Shown one piece after another: positions 19,032 to 30,906 of a stretch of DNA of 64,000 nucleotides. Source of the DNA: an uncultured Acidobacteriota bacterium (lineage in GTDB: Bacteria > Acidobacteriota > Thermoanaerobaculia > Multivoradales > UBA5704). How positions within the stretch are numbered: the stretch's first letter is position 1; every line of letters begins with the position of its first letter. Made by a program: the position numbers and the translations under genes. The stretch spans positions 512,001 to 576,000 of the forward strand of contig CAVYRF010000002.1 in NCBI GenBank assembly GCA_963770895.1. The letters are read 5' to 3'. Under the pieces are notes generated by a model. That model saw only the letters and a program-made list of their open reading frames with translations. It did no database searches and had not been told where the DNA came from.

Positions 19032-21833
19032 TCAGATCTTGATGACCCGCGGCGTAATGAAAATGAGCAGCTCGTCGTTGGTCTGGTCGCGTTCCTTGTT
19101 GCGGAACAGGTAGCCGATGATCGGCAGGTTGGCCAGGCCGGGAACCCGCGACTCGTTGGCATCGGTCGTCACCTTGTAGATGCCGCCGATGACCGCGGTG
19201 CCGCCGTCCCGCACCACCAGGCGCGTCTTGGCGTCCTTGGTCGAGATCGGCGCGTTGGTGGCGCCCGGCACCAGCAGGCCGTTTTCGGGCGCCTTGTCGG
19301 AAACCGTGACGTCCATGACGATGGTGCCCTCGGCGGTGACCTGCGGCGTCACCTCCAGGCGCAGCGTGGCGTTGACGAACTGCACCGTCACGGTGTTGTT
19401 GGCCACCGTCTGGATGGGAATCTGCACGCCGCTCTGGATGTAGGCCTGCTGATTGTTGAGCGTTGCCACCTTGGGCGCCGACAGGATGTTGACCAGGCCC
19501 TCCGATTCGGCCGCCTGCAGGGCGAGATCGAGGGAGAAGGTGTTCAGCACGTTGCCCAGGGTCAGATTGAGGGCGCCGTTGGCCGGCTGCGGCAGGGTGA
19601 CCGAGCCGCTGGCGGTGACGTTGTTGGGGAAGATCAAGCCGGTGGTGTTGCCGTGCGCCGCGTCGGCGATGGCATTGAAGCCCCAGTTGATGCCGAGGCT
19701 GCGGCTGAAGGTCTTGGTGGTTTCGATGATGCGCGCTTCGATCATCACCTGCGGCTCGGGCGTATCCAGGTTGGAGATGACCGCCAGCACGGCGTCCAGG
19801 AAGTCCGGCAGCTCCTTGATGATCAGCGTATTGGTGCGGTCGTCGACGATGACGCTGCCGCGCTGGGTGAGCAGGCCGGCCTGACCGCTGCGCAACAGGT
19901 TGGCGACGTTGGAGGCGCTGGCGTACGACAGCCGGCGCATGACCGTGCGCAGCGGCACCACCAGCGCCCGCGCCTGGGCCAGCTGCTGGCGCTCCTGCGC
20001 TTCGGTGCGCAGCACGTTGTTGGGCGCGATGCGGATGACGTTGCCCTCGCGCTCGTAGCCCAGGTTGTTGATCTTCAACACCTCTTCGAAAGCCTGGTCC
20101 CAGGGGACGTTTTCCAGCTCGGCGGTGACGGTGCCGGTGACGCCCGGCTGCACCACGATGTTGAGGCCGCTGATCTGGGCGAAGGTGCGCAGCACCTCGG
20201 TGACATCGGCGTTGGTGACCTTGAGATCGATCGGCTCGCCGGTGTACGCCTTTTGCGTGCCCGAGATGTCGCCGGCCAGCTTGGCGTCGCCGGTGGCGTC
20301 CTGGCGCCGGCCGAGATCCGCCGGCGGCTGCTGCAGCGAGGTGGGGGTCTGCGCGACACGCGGCAAGCCCGAACCGGCCTTGCTCTTGGCCGCCGGCGCG
20401 TCTTCGATCTCAAGGCCGGGCTGCTTGCGCAACGAAGCCTTGGCCATTTCCGTCGGAGCCGGTGCCAGCGCCAGGTCGGTGGGCGCCGCCGGAGCGGACC
20501 CCGCGGCGGCCGTATCCGGCGCCGGAGCCGGGGCCGGCGCGGCGGGAGCGGGCGCCGACTTGCGGGCCTTGCGGGTCACCGGAGCGGGCGCCGCGTCCGC
20601 CGTCGTCGCGACCGGCGCAGCCGGGGCGACCGGCGCCGGCTGCACGGCGGGCGGCGGGGGCGGCGGGGCGGACTGCATGCCGGCGGCGCTTGCCGCGGCG
20701 GCGGCCCCGGGCTGGAAGCTGACCACCAGCGACCTGGTGGCACGCTCGATGTGCGGCACCGCGCCCTGCTTGAGGTCGAAGACGACGCGCGCCACGGCCT
20801 TGGGAGCGGGCCGGAACTGCGCCACCCGCACGCGCTGCACGACGCCGCCTTCGACCGCCAAAGTCGAGCGCGGGCTGCGATTGACCACTCCTTGCAGATC
20901 GATGACGAACCGCGTCGGGTCGGACAGCACGAAGGTCGAATAGGGGAACTCGCCGTCACCGGAGATGCGGATCACCGCGCCACCGCCGTCGCCGGCCAGT
21001 ACCTCGATTCCTTCCAGCCGGGTGGCGGAGGGGCCGCCGGGCGCCGGCGCCACGGCCGGTTGATCCGGCGTCCCTGCCGCCGCGGCGGATCCCTGCGTGG
21101 TCGGCGCGGGACGGCCCGGCGCCGGCATGGCGGCGGCACCGGTGTCCGCGGCGGGTGCCGGCGCGGGGGCCGCGGCGGCGCTGGGAGGAGGAGGAGGCGG
21201 CGGCGGCGCCATCTGCGCCGTCTGGGTCACGGGTTCAAAAGCCAGCTTCTGCCGCCCCGCGTCGCCGGCCTTGGCGGCCTGGGCGTCGAGCGGCAGCAGG
21301 CGGATCTGCAGATGGGTGCCTTCGGCGGTGACGGAGTGCTCCACTTCGTGCCGCGTCGAGATGACCAGTCGAGTCATCGGACGCAGGCCCTCGGTGTCGC
21401 GCTGCACCCGGACCGACGCGACCAGGCCGTCGTCGGGGGTGAGGTCCTGAAGCCGGGGGGCAGGTGCGGCGTTGGGCAGCTCGATGACCACCTTGCCTTC
21501 GGGATTGCGGAAGCTGGTCCAGACCAGCGGCGCGCTGGCCTCGACGTCGACGAAGACTTCCGGCGCGCCTTCCCGCAGCTCGACGGTGCGAATCTCGGCT
21601 GCCACGCTGGCCGACCTGGTGCCGGCGTCGGCGTTACCGGAGCCAGCCGGCGCCTGCGATCCCGCTGGGGCGGCGGACGTTCCCGCCGGCGCCTGTTCCG
21701 GCGCGGAGCCGGCATCGACGACGTGGGCGGGTTTGGACGAAGTACAACTCGTCGCCGTAGCAAGGATCAGACACGCCGTGGCGATCCGGCGCTGCCACCT
21801 GGCGCTCCCTCTGCTCATGACCACATCTCCCAT
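19032..21833 (-). CDS. pilQ: Type IV pilus secretin PilQ with AMIN domains
   Basis: Two AMIN domains (DPTRFVIDL, RVVFDL), YTGEPIDLK, VPWDQA, PQVMIEARI, and secretin C-domain VPGLANLPIIGYLF...ELLIFITPRVI. Confidence 0.95.
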   Translation of the reverse strand: MGDVVMSRGSARWQRRIATACLILATATSCTSSKPAHVVDAGSAPEQAPAGTSAAPAGSQAPAGSGNADAGTRSASVAAEIRTVELREGAPEVFVDVEASAPLVWTSFRNPEGKVVIELPNAAPAPRLQDLTPDDGLVASVRVQRDTEGLRPMTRLVISTRHEVEHSVTAEGTHLQIRLLPLDAQAAKAGDAGRQKLAFEPVTQTAQMAPPPPPPPPSAAAAPAPAPAADTGAAAMPAPGRPAPTTQGSAAAAGTPDQPAVAPAPGGPSATRLEGIEVLAGDGGGAVIRISGDGEFPYSTFVLSDPTRFVIDLQGVVNRSPRSTLAVEGGVVQRVRVAQFRPAPKAVARVVFDLKQGAVPHIERATRSLVVSFQPGAAAAASAAGMQSAPPPPPPAVQPAPVAPAAPVATTADAAPAPVTRKARKSAPAPAAPAPAPAPDTAAAGSAPAAPTDLALAPAPTEMAKASLRKQPGLEIEDAPAAKSKAGSGLPRVAQTPTSLQQPPADLGRRQDATGDAKLAGDISGTQKAYTGEPIDLKVTNADVTEVLRTFAQISGLNIVVQPGVTGTVTAELENVPWDQAFEEVLKINNLGYEREGNVIRIAPNNVLRTEAQERQQLAQARALVVPLRTVMRRLSYASASNVANLLRSGQAGLLTQRGSVIVDDRTNTLIIKELPDFLDAVLAVISNLDTPEPQVMIEARIIETTKTFSRSLGINWGFNAIADAAHGNTTGLIFPNNVTASGSVTLPQPANGALNLTLGNVLNTFSLDLALQAAESEGLVNILSAPKVATLNNQQAYIQSGVQIPIQTVANNTVTVQFVNATLRLEVTPQVTAEGTIVMDVTVSDKAPENGLLVPGATNAPISTKDAKTRLVVRDGGTAVIGGIYKVTTDANESRVPGLANLPIIGYLFRNKERDQTNDELLIFITPRVIKI

Positions 21834-21876
21834 GGCTACGCCTCCGTTCGCCCCCCGTGTGCCCGGCCGCCCGGTG

Positions 21877-22506
21877 CTACTGGGCGTTCAAGCTCTTAAC
21901 CACCTCGCGGAAGGGCTTTAAGGCGGTCGGATCCTGGACGATCTGCTTGAAGACCACCTCGTTCTTGCCGATGCTCACCACATCGCCGTCATACAGCTGG
22001 TCGCCTTCTTTCAACAGATAGCTCTTCTTTTGATTCGATGCGTTGACCTGCGCCACATAGCCGCGCGCGGTGCGGAAGATCCCCTTGAGATCGATCTCGT
22101 CGATCAACAGGCCGGGGATGCCCTCGGGACGCGGCCCACGGAACTCGGGCCGGTCGGGGGCGATCAGCAGCGACTTGAAAGGGTCGCGGCGGTTGCCCGG
22201 ATCGTAGGTGAAGCCGTTGCCGCCGGACAGCACCTCTTCGTCTCCCTCAAGAATCTGATCGATATTGCCCATGTCGGGGGGCGGCGCACCGCCGACTGCA
22301 GGACCAGAGGATGCGCCGCCGCCGCTGGCCGTGGAGCCGCCCGATGCGGAGGGGGCGGGCTGGCCCTTGGGCGCGGCCTGGGCCGGCTGGCTGCCCTTGC
22401 CCTGCTGCGCGCCGGACGGCGAGGACTGCTGCTGGGCGGCGAGCGCCAGCGCACAGCCGACGAGCGCTGCCGACACCAGGATGGTCACCTTGCTTCGCGG
22501 GATCAA
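21877..22506 (-). CDS. pilP: PilP-like pilus assembly protein
   Basis: YDPGNRRDPFKSL motif and position between pilO and pilQ. Confidence 0.75.
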   Translation of the reverse strand: MIPRSKVTILVSAALVGCALALAAQQQSSPSGAQQGKGSQPAQAAPKGQPAPSASGGSTASGGGASSGPAVGGAPPPDMGNIDQILEGDEEVLSGGNGFTYDPGNRRDPFKSLLIAPDRPEFRGPRPEGIPGLLIDEIDLKGIFRTARGYVAQVNASNQKKSYLLKEGDQLYDGDVVSIGKNEVVFKQIVQDPTALKPFREVVKSLNAQ

Positions 22507-23174
22507 TCTCCACCCCCTCCACTCGGCTTGACGGTGGCCGGTGCGCCGGGCGGCGGCGCCAGCTTCAGCTTGGGCGGCGCTGCCGTCTTTGCCGGAGCGT
22601 TGGTGTCGGGCTCCTTGTACACAAAGGTCTTGGCGACGAACGACGCGGTGATGGTATGCAGATTGGCCTTGGTCGGAGTCAGCGCGGTGATCTGCAGATC
22701 GGTGACGTTGATGATCCGCGAGAATCGGCCGATGCGATCGAAGAGCAGCGCCAGGTTATGGTACGTGCCGTCGAGATCGACGGTGATCGGCCACTCGCTG
22801 TAGAACTCCTTGTCGGTGAGCACGCCGGGCCGGAAATCCTTGAGGTTGAAATCGCCCTGCTCGGTCAGGCGGCGGATGCGGCGCAACAGGTCGGGCGTCT
22901 TGCGGCTCGCCGGCAGGATGCGCAGGAGCTTGTCCAGCTCCAGCTCCAGCTGGTGCACCTCTTCGCGGAACTTGGGCAGCTGCGCCTGGGCGCTGGTCCC
23001 CTCCTGGATCTTGTGCTGCAGATCTTCCAGGTGGCTTTCCGCCCCCGCGATCTGGTCGTTGATCGGACCCAGGTACTGCCACTGCGCCAGGAAGTAGAGC
23101 ACCACGCCAAGGCCCAGACCGATACCGAGACCGAAGTACCAGGGCTTGCCTTCCAGACCGGTTTTCATTGCCAT
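22503..23174 (-). CDS. pilO: Type IV pilus assembly protein PilO
   Basis: TM plus coiled coil, LRILP, FYSEWPI...GTYHNLALLFDRIGRFSRIINV. Confidence 0.9.
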   Translation of the reverse strand: MAMKTGLEGKPWYFGLGIGLGLGVVLYFLAQWQYLGPINDQIAGAESHLEDLQHKIQEGTSAQAQLPKFREEVHQLELELDKLLRILPASRKTPDLLRRIRRLTEQGDFNLKDFRPGVLTDKEFYSEWPITVDLDGTYHNLALLFDRIGRFSRIINVTDLQITALTPTKANLHTITASFVAKTFVYKEPDTNAPAKTAAPPKLKLAPPPGAPATVKPSGGGGD

Positions 23175-23184
23175 GGGCGGGCCC

Positions 23185-23892
23185 CTATCGCGTGCTCGGC
23201 AAGGTGGACGCAGCCGGCGCTTTGCCGGCGGCGCCGCCGGCAGGACCGCCCGGCGGCGCCGGGCTGCCGGGAGCTGCCGGCGCACCGGGGACGCCAGGCT
23301 TTGCCGGCGTGCCGGCGGCGGCTTCGTCGGCCTTCTTCGGCGCGAAGGAGTAGTCGAAGGTGATGAGGAACTTGTAGACCTGGTTGTTCTGCGCCGTGAT
23401 GTCCTTGAGCACGCCTTCCTTGAATTCCGGCACCTTGTCCATGTTTTCCATGAAGGCGGCGACGGCGTTGGGATTGAAGGCGCGGCCCTCCAGCTCGATG
23501 GTGCTGGCGTTGAGCTTCATCCGGTCCAGCCACAGCAGCTCCGGCAGGGCGCGCGAGATGTAGTCCATGATCCGCACCGGGCCCTGCTGGTTGGTCTTGA
23601 GATCGTTGATCACCTGGATCTTGTCGGTCAGGTTCTTCTTCTTGGCCTTGTAGTCGTCGACTTCCTTGATCACCGCCTGCAGCGCGTCCACCTGCTGCTG
23701 GGCCACCGCCACTTCGTGCAGCTTTTCCTGCAGGTGGCCGTTGAGGATCCACCAATGGCCGGCGGCGACCAGCACGCCCAGGAAAGCACCGGCAAGCAGC
23801 AGCCACAGCGCCAGGTCTTCGCCCGGCGTGGTTTTGGCCTTGCGTACCGCCGCCGGACGCTTGCCCTCGGAGAGCAGGTTGATCTTGATCAT
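23185..23892 (-). CDS. pilN: Type IV pilus assembly protein PilN
   Basis: MIKINLL motif, TM, coiled coil and LPELLWL. Confidence 0.9.
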   Translation of the reverse strand: MIKINLLSEGKRPAAVRKAKTTPGEDLALWLLLAGAFLGVLVAAGHWWILNGHLQEKLHEVAVAQQQVDALQAVIKEVDDYKAKKKNLTDKIQVINDLKTNQQGPVRIMDYISRALPELLWLDRMKLNASTIELEGRAFNPNAVAAFMENMDKVPEFKEGVLKDITAQNNQVYKFLITFDYSFAPKKADEAAAGTPAKPGVPGAPAAPGSPAPPGGPAGGAAGKAPAASTLPSTR

Positions 23893-23923
23893 GGGCTGTG
23901 GCTCCCGCTTGTCCCCGCGAAGG

Positions 23924-24988
23924 TCAGTCGCCGACTTTGCGGATGCCAAGGCCGACGGCAACCGCCATCATCGGTGCGATGGAATCGAGCCATTCCCGGT
24001 CGAAGGTGCCTTCCTTCCAGTGCACCCGCCGCAGGGGATTCATCAGCTCGGTCGGCACCTCGAAGCGCTCGCGCAGGATCTGCTGCAGGTTGGGAGTGAG
24101 CGCGCAGCCGCCGGAAAGCACCAGCTCGTCGACCGATCCTTCGGATGAGGTCGCGGAGAAGAAATCGAAGGTCTTGCGGATCTCCGACGCCATTTCAGCC
24201 GACACCGTGTCGAGCACCGGGCGCGCGTCGGTCAGGCTGTAGCGATCCACGGCGTCGCCGCGCTTCAAGCTTTCGGCCTGGGCGAACGCCAGGTTGAACT
24301 CCCGCTGCAGCGCTTCGGTGAACTGCTGGCCGCCGAACGAGATGTCGCGCCAGAAGACGGTGGTGCCGCGCGCCAGGATGTTGATATTGGTGACGCCGGC
24401 GCCCATGTTGATCAGCGCCACCACCTTGCGGTTGTCCAGGTCGTAATTGATCTCGTAGGCGTTCTGCACCGCGAAGGCGTCGACGTCGACCAGCGCCGCG
24501 GTCTTGCCGGTCTGGCTGATCACCGATACGTAGTCGTTGACCTTGTCGCGCTTGACCGCCACCAGCAGGACGTCCATGTTGTCGCGCCCCGGCTCGCCCT
24601 CGGACAGGATCTCGTAATCGAGGCGCACGTCGTTGATGTCGAAGGGAATGTATTGCTCGGCTTCCCACTGGATCGACTCCGCCAGCTCTTCGGCCGGCAT
24701 CGCCGGCAGCTGGATCTTCTTGATGATGACGGAGTGACCCGAAAGCGACGTGGCGTAGTTGGCGTTCTTGATCCGCGTCTGGTCGTTGAGCTTGTGGATC
24801 GCGTCGACCACCAGCGACGAGTCCATGATCGACCCGTCCACGATGGCCTCGGGCGACAGCAGCTCCACACCCAGACGCTGGAGGTGAAACTCCCCGGCCT
24901 TGCGCTCGGTCAGCTCGACCAGCTTGACCGCCGAGCTGCCGATATCGAGCCCGACAACCCCCTTCTTAGAGCGGGTAAACAAGGCCAC
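23924..24988 (-). CDS. pilM: Type IV pilus assembly protein PilM
   Basis: VGLDIGSSAVKLVEL, WEAEQYIPF, ISFGG, LSGGCA and AVAVGLG motifs. GTG start preceded by GGAGG. Confidence 0.95.
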   Translation of the reverse strand: MALFTRSKKGVVGLDIGSSAVKLVELTERKAGEFHLQRLGVELLSPEAIVDGSIMDSSLVVDAIHKLNDQTRIKNANYATSLSGHSVIIKKIQLPAMPAEELAESIQWEAEQYIPFDINDVRLDYEILSEGEPGRDNMDVLLVAVKRDKVNDYVSVISQTGKTAALVDVDAFAVQNAYEINYDLDNRKVVALINMGAGVTNINILARGTTVFWRDISFGGQQFTEALQREFNLAFAQAESLKRGDAVDRYSLTDARPVLDTVSAEMASEIRKTFDFFSATSSEGSVDELVLSGGCALTPNLQQILRERFEVPTELMNPLRRVHWKEGTFDREWLDSIAPMMAVAVGLGIRKVGD

Positions 24989-25058
24989 GTGGTGTGCTCC
25001 CTCCGAAAAAGCCCTGCGTTCAACGCAATTTAGAGCCACTTAGTTAAAGCTTCGCAGG

Positions 25059-25087
25059 AAGCTACCAGGATAAAGTGCCGGTGTCAA
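25059..25087 (-). promoter_or_regulatory. Sigma70-type promoter for the pilMNOPQ operon
   Basis: TTGACA-N17-TAGCTT with a TG extension on the minus strand. Confidence 0.7.
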
Positions 25088-25290
25088 GTGACTCATGCGT
25101 AGCTCGCTATATTGCTGACAACCGCTGTACGAGCCTTGTCGCGGACCGCATTTCCTTGCAGGACTTACGTTTACGCACCGCGCCCGAGGTTGGCGCAAAC
25201 CGGGCGTAAAATATTTCGACAGCAGCTCCGAACCGGCGCCGCACCCGCCGGTCTCGGCGCGCCAGCGAGCGCCTGGTCCGCGCGCCACCC

Positions 25291-25319
25291 TTGTGAGAAT
25301 CAGCGAGCTTTGCTAAGCT
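25291..25319 (+). promoter_or_regulatory. Sigma70-type promoter for rpmB
   Basis: TTGTGA-N17-TAAGCT with a TG extension. Confidence 0.55.
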
Positions 25320-25375
25320 TCGCTGCCCTTTGCGCCGCTGGCCGGGGCAATCGACAAGGAAGAAGAGAGGGTTTC

Positions 25376-25630
25376 ATGGCGAAGCAATGCGATCTCTGCG
25401 GCAAGGGCACGGTGTTCGGCAAGAACGTCAGCCATGCGCACAACGTCACCTCGCGCACCTGGGAGCCCAACCTGCAATCCGTCCGCGCCCTGGTGGACGG
25501 CCGCGTGCGGCGGTTGAGGGTCTGCACCCGCTGCCTGCGCAGCGGCCACATTGTCAAGGCGCCGGTGCGCAAGTGGCAGCCCGACGAAGCCGCGGCCACC
25601 GGGTCATCCGACAAGGCCGGCAGCCGCTAG
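25376..25630 (+). CDS. rpmB: 50S ribosomal protein L28 (Zn-binding CxxC form)
   Basis: [11 protein letters not shown]...[18 protein letters not shown]...VCTRCLRSG. Confidence 0.96.
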   Translation: MAKQCDLCGKGTVFGKNVSHAHNVTSRTWEPNLQSVRALVDGRVRRLRVCTRCLRSGHIVKAPVRKWQPDEAAATGSSDKAGSR

Positions 25631-25639
25631 CCCACCTGC

Positions 25640-27934
<2,295 letters not shown>

Positions 27935-27984
27935 AAACGGAAAAACAAGTATAGGGCAAGGAGTGTTCCCGGCCTACCGCCGCC

Positions 27985-30009
27985 CTAAGGTATCGGCCGC
28001 GCCGTCGCGTCCACCCCGTCCACCAGGCTGGCCGTCGCCACCACCGCCAGGGTGGTCGCGACGGCGGTGAACAGACCGATCAGCAGCAGCCGCAACCGCG
28101 CCGGGTCGGTCTGACGGGCCAGCCGCTCGTCGAGCGTCGCGTGGTCGTAGTCGGGCAGCTCGGGCGCGATCGCCATCATCTCCTGGTGCAGGCGGCTGCG
28201 CAGCTCGTCGGGCACCGTCCCCAGCCGCGGCCGCACCATGAAGTTGACGGTCAGCGGCAGGCGCAGCGGGAACTGCAGCAGCGACAGGTAGATGTCGGGC
28301 GCCGGCGGCTTCTCGGCCTGGACGCCCTGCCAGCGGACGTCGGCGACCACGCCGATGACGGTCAGCCAGGGCTTGCGGTAGACGTCGCGCGTGTCCAGCT
28401 TGAGGCGCTTGCCGAGCGGGTTCTTGCCGGGCCACTGCTGCTCGGCCATGGCCCTGCTGATCACCACCGCATTCGAGCGCACGTCGCTCGAAAAGAAGCC
28501 GCGGCCGGCCAGGATCGGCACGCCGAGCATGGTGAAGTAGCCCGGCGTCACGGCGTGCATCGTCGCCATGTAGGTGCCGTCGGGCGCATCGCTGGCATGG
28601 TCTTCGGCGGTGATGGAGCCGGCGGCCCAATCGTCGGCAGGCAACGTCGGGTTGACAAGCGCCAGCGCCTGCACCCCGGGCAGGGACGCCAGGCGCGGCA
28701 GATACTGCTCGTCGATCAACTTGCAGACCCGCCAGTCGGCGAGGTAGCGCGGCCCCTGCAGGTCGACGCGCCAGGTCAGCAGTCCCTGGCGCCGAAAGCC
28801 CAGGTCGGCGTTGACCAGCGCTTGAAAACGCGCCGCGGACAGCCCGGAGCGGGCGATCAGGACGACGGCGAGCGACACCTGCGCGATCGCCGCGGCGCCG
28901 CGCCACCACCGCCGGCCGCTGCCGGGGCGCGCCAGCCAGCGCGCCGCGCCGGCACAGACCAGGCCGCAGGCGGCGGCGACGCCGGCGACCGCGACGGCCA
29001 CCTCGGGGTCGAGCGCCACGTGCACGAAGGGCGGCAGCGCAATGCTGCCGGCGGCGAGCAGCGCCGGCGTGATCCAGCGCGCCAGCAGGCACCCCACAAT
29101 CGCGCAGCCGAGCGCCGCGGCCAGGCTCCACAGCCACAGGCGCCGGCCGCCGCCCCAGGCGCGCAGCAGCAGCGCGACGTCGACGCACGCCAGGACCAGC
29201 ACCCACCCGGCGGCGGCGCAGACCTCGGCCAGGCCGCGGCGCAGCGGGCCGAACCAGGACTCCTTGAGCGGCGTCACCCGCACTCCCACGCCGCTGTCCA
29301 CGTCGGGGAACTCGCGGGCCAGGGCGGCGGCGATGCCGCTCATCTGGGCCTGGGCCTGCGCCGGCGACACCGCCGGCTTGAGGCGCGCCACGCCGCCCGC
29401 CCAGCGCATCCGCCGCACCGTCAGGTAATCGCGGGCGGGCGGCAGCATCGACGGCACCCACAGCTCGGCCAGCCCCGACACACCGTGGAATCCTGGCGGC
29501 GCGACGCCGACCACCTGGTAGGCGGTGCCGTTGAGCTGCAGGGTGCGGCCGACCAGACCCGGATCGGCGCCGAAGCTCGACCGCCAGAGTCCGTCGCCGA
29601 TCACCACCACGTAGCGCTCCAGCGGCCGCGCGTCTTCCTCCGGGGTGAAGAAGCGCCCCAGCTGCGGCGCCATGCCGAGCACCGCCAGATAGCTGTCGTC
29701 GACCAGCTCGCCCCACAGGCGCCGGGAACGCCTGGCCTGCTCCAGGTTGAACGCCAGCGGTGCGTACAGCGACATGTCCTCGAACACCGTGTTGCGCCGC
29801 CGCCAATCGGCGAAGTCCGGCTGCGACGCCCGCCACGCCTTGACCTCGCCACGCTCGGCGAACGTGCCGTCGAGCAGCACCAGGCGGCCGGGGTCGCGAT
29901 AGGGCGTCCCGTCCAGGACGACGGCGCGTTCGACCATCGCCACCCCGGCGACGGCGGCAAAGGCAAGGGTGAACAGCAGGGCCACGGCGGCGGCCCGTGC
30001 GGCGTTCAT
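27985..30009 (-). CDS. ADOP/MacB-like duplicated ABC permease, with shortened membrane domains
   Basis: Two MacB periplasmic domains (LGRFFTPEED...VVIGDGLWRSSFGADP; VTPGYFTMLGVPILAGRGF...TVIGVVADVR). The FtsX-type TM regions are reduced. Confidence 0.8.
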   Translation of the reverse strand: MNAARAAAVALLFTLAFAAVAGVAMVERAVVLDGTPYRDPGRLVLLDGTFAERGEVKAWRASQPDFADWRRRNTVFEDMSLYAPLAFNLEQARRSRRLWGELVDDSYLAVLGMAPQLGRFFTPEEDARPLERYVVVIGDGLWRSSFGADPGLVGRTLQLNGTAYQVVGVAPPGFHGVSGLAELWVPSMLPPARDYLTVRRMRWAGGVARLKPAVSPAQAQAQMSGIAAALAREFPDVDSGVGVRVTPLKESWFGPLRRGLAEVCAAAGWVLVLACVDVALLLRAWGGGRRLWLWSLAAALGCAIVGCLLARWITPALLAAGSIALPPFVHVALDPEVAVAVAGVAAACGLVCAGAARWLARPGSGRRWWRGAAAIAQVSLAVVLIARSGLSAARFQALVNADLGFRRQGLLTWRVDLQGPRYLADWRVCKLIDEQYLPRLASLPGVQALALVNPTLPADDWAAGSITAEDHASDAPDGTYMATMHAVTPGYFTMLGVPILAGRGFFSSDVRSNAVVISRAMAEQQWPGKNPLGKRLKLDTRDVYRKPWLTVIGVVADVRWQGVQAEKPPAPDIYLSLLQFPLRLPLTVNFMVRPRLGTVPDELRSRLHQEMMAIAPELPDYDHATLDERLARQTDPARLRLLLIGLFTAVATTLAVVATASLVDGVDATARPIP

Positions 30010-30036
30010 CGGCTCACCGGTGGGGCGTCCTTTCGG

Positions 30037-30879
30037 TCACGCAACTCCCATGCTGGCGCCGCCGTCCACTTCGACGGTGCGGCCGGTGAAGAACTCGCAT
30101 TCGATGATGAAGCGCACCGCCTGCCAGATGTCCACGGGCCGGCCGAGACGTGCCAGCGGGATCGCCGCCTTCAGGCGGTCCATGGTCTTCTCCGAGAAAC
30201 CCTCCAGAAATCCGGTTTCGGTCACGCCGGGAGCCACGCCGCCGACGCGGATGCCGTGGCGCGCCAGCTCCAGCGCCCAGGTGCGGGTGCAGGCGTCCAG
30301 GCCGGCCTTGGACGCCGCGTAGTTCGACTGGCCGGGGTTGCCGGCGCGGGCGATCGACGACAGGTTGACCACCACCGCATCGCGCACGCCGGCGGTCACG
30401 GCGTGGGCGGCGAACGCCCGCGTCATCAGGAACTGGCCGGTCAGGTTGACGTCGACCACCTTGCGCCACTGCGCCAGCGGCAGGGTTTCGACGGCTCCCC
30501 CGGCGGCCGCCGCGCGCTTGACCAGCAGGCCGTCGCGGGCGATGCCGGCGCTGTTGATCAGCACGTTCAAGCCGCCCATGCGCTCGGCGGCAAGGTCGAC
30601 GAACGACGCCACCGACGCTTCGTCGGTGATGTCGAGCTTGGCAACGAACAGGCGGTCGCCACAGTCCTCCCCGGCGCCGCCGGACCCTCCGTCGCCGGCC
30701 TCACCGGCCTCGCCGGCCTCAAGGTTGCCGCCGGCCTCGGTCACCAGGCGGCGCAGACCGGCGGCGTTGCTGTCGCCCGCCGCCACCCGGCCGCCGGCGC
30801 GCAAAATCTCCAAGGCAAAGGTGCCGCCCAGACCGCCGCCGGCGCCGGTTACGATCGCTTTGACGTTTGCTGGCTGCAT
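30037..30879 (-). CDS. SDR family oxidoreductase (FabG-like)
   Basis: VTGAGGGLG, NSAGIARD, NLSS and YAASK motifs. Confidence 0.92.
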   Translation of the reverse strand: MQPANVKAIVTGAGGGLGGTFALEILRAGGRVAAGDSNAAGLRRLVTEAGGNLEAGEAGEAGDGGSGGAGEDCGDRLFVAKLDITDEASVASFVDLAAERMGGLNVLINSAGIARDGLLVKRAAAAGGAVETLPLAQWRKVVDVNLTGQFLMTRAFAAHAVTAGVRDAVVVNLSSIARAGNPGQSNYAASKAGLDACTRTWALELARHGIRVGGVAPGVTETGFLEGFSEKTMDRLKAAIPLARLGRPVDIWQAVRFIIECEFFTGRTVEVDGGASMGVA

Positions 30880-30906
30880 CCTGTCTCCCGTCTCTGTCGC
30901 GAAGGG

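Noticed and set aside
25090-25290. AT-richer pilM-rpmB intergenic region as a riboswitch or ncRNA
   Set aside because: I could not match any riboswitch or tRNA consensus by eye, and divergent promoters explain the composition. An Rfam scan would be decisive.
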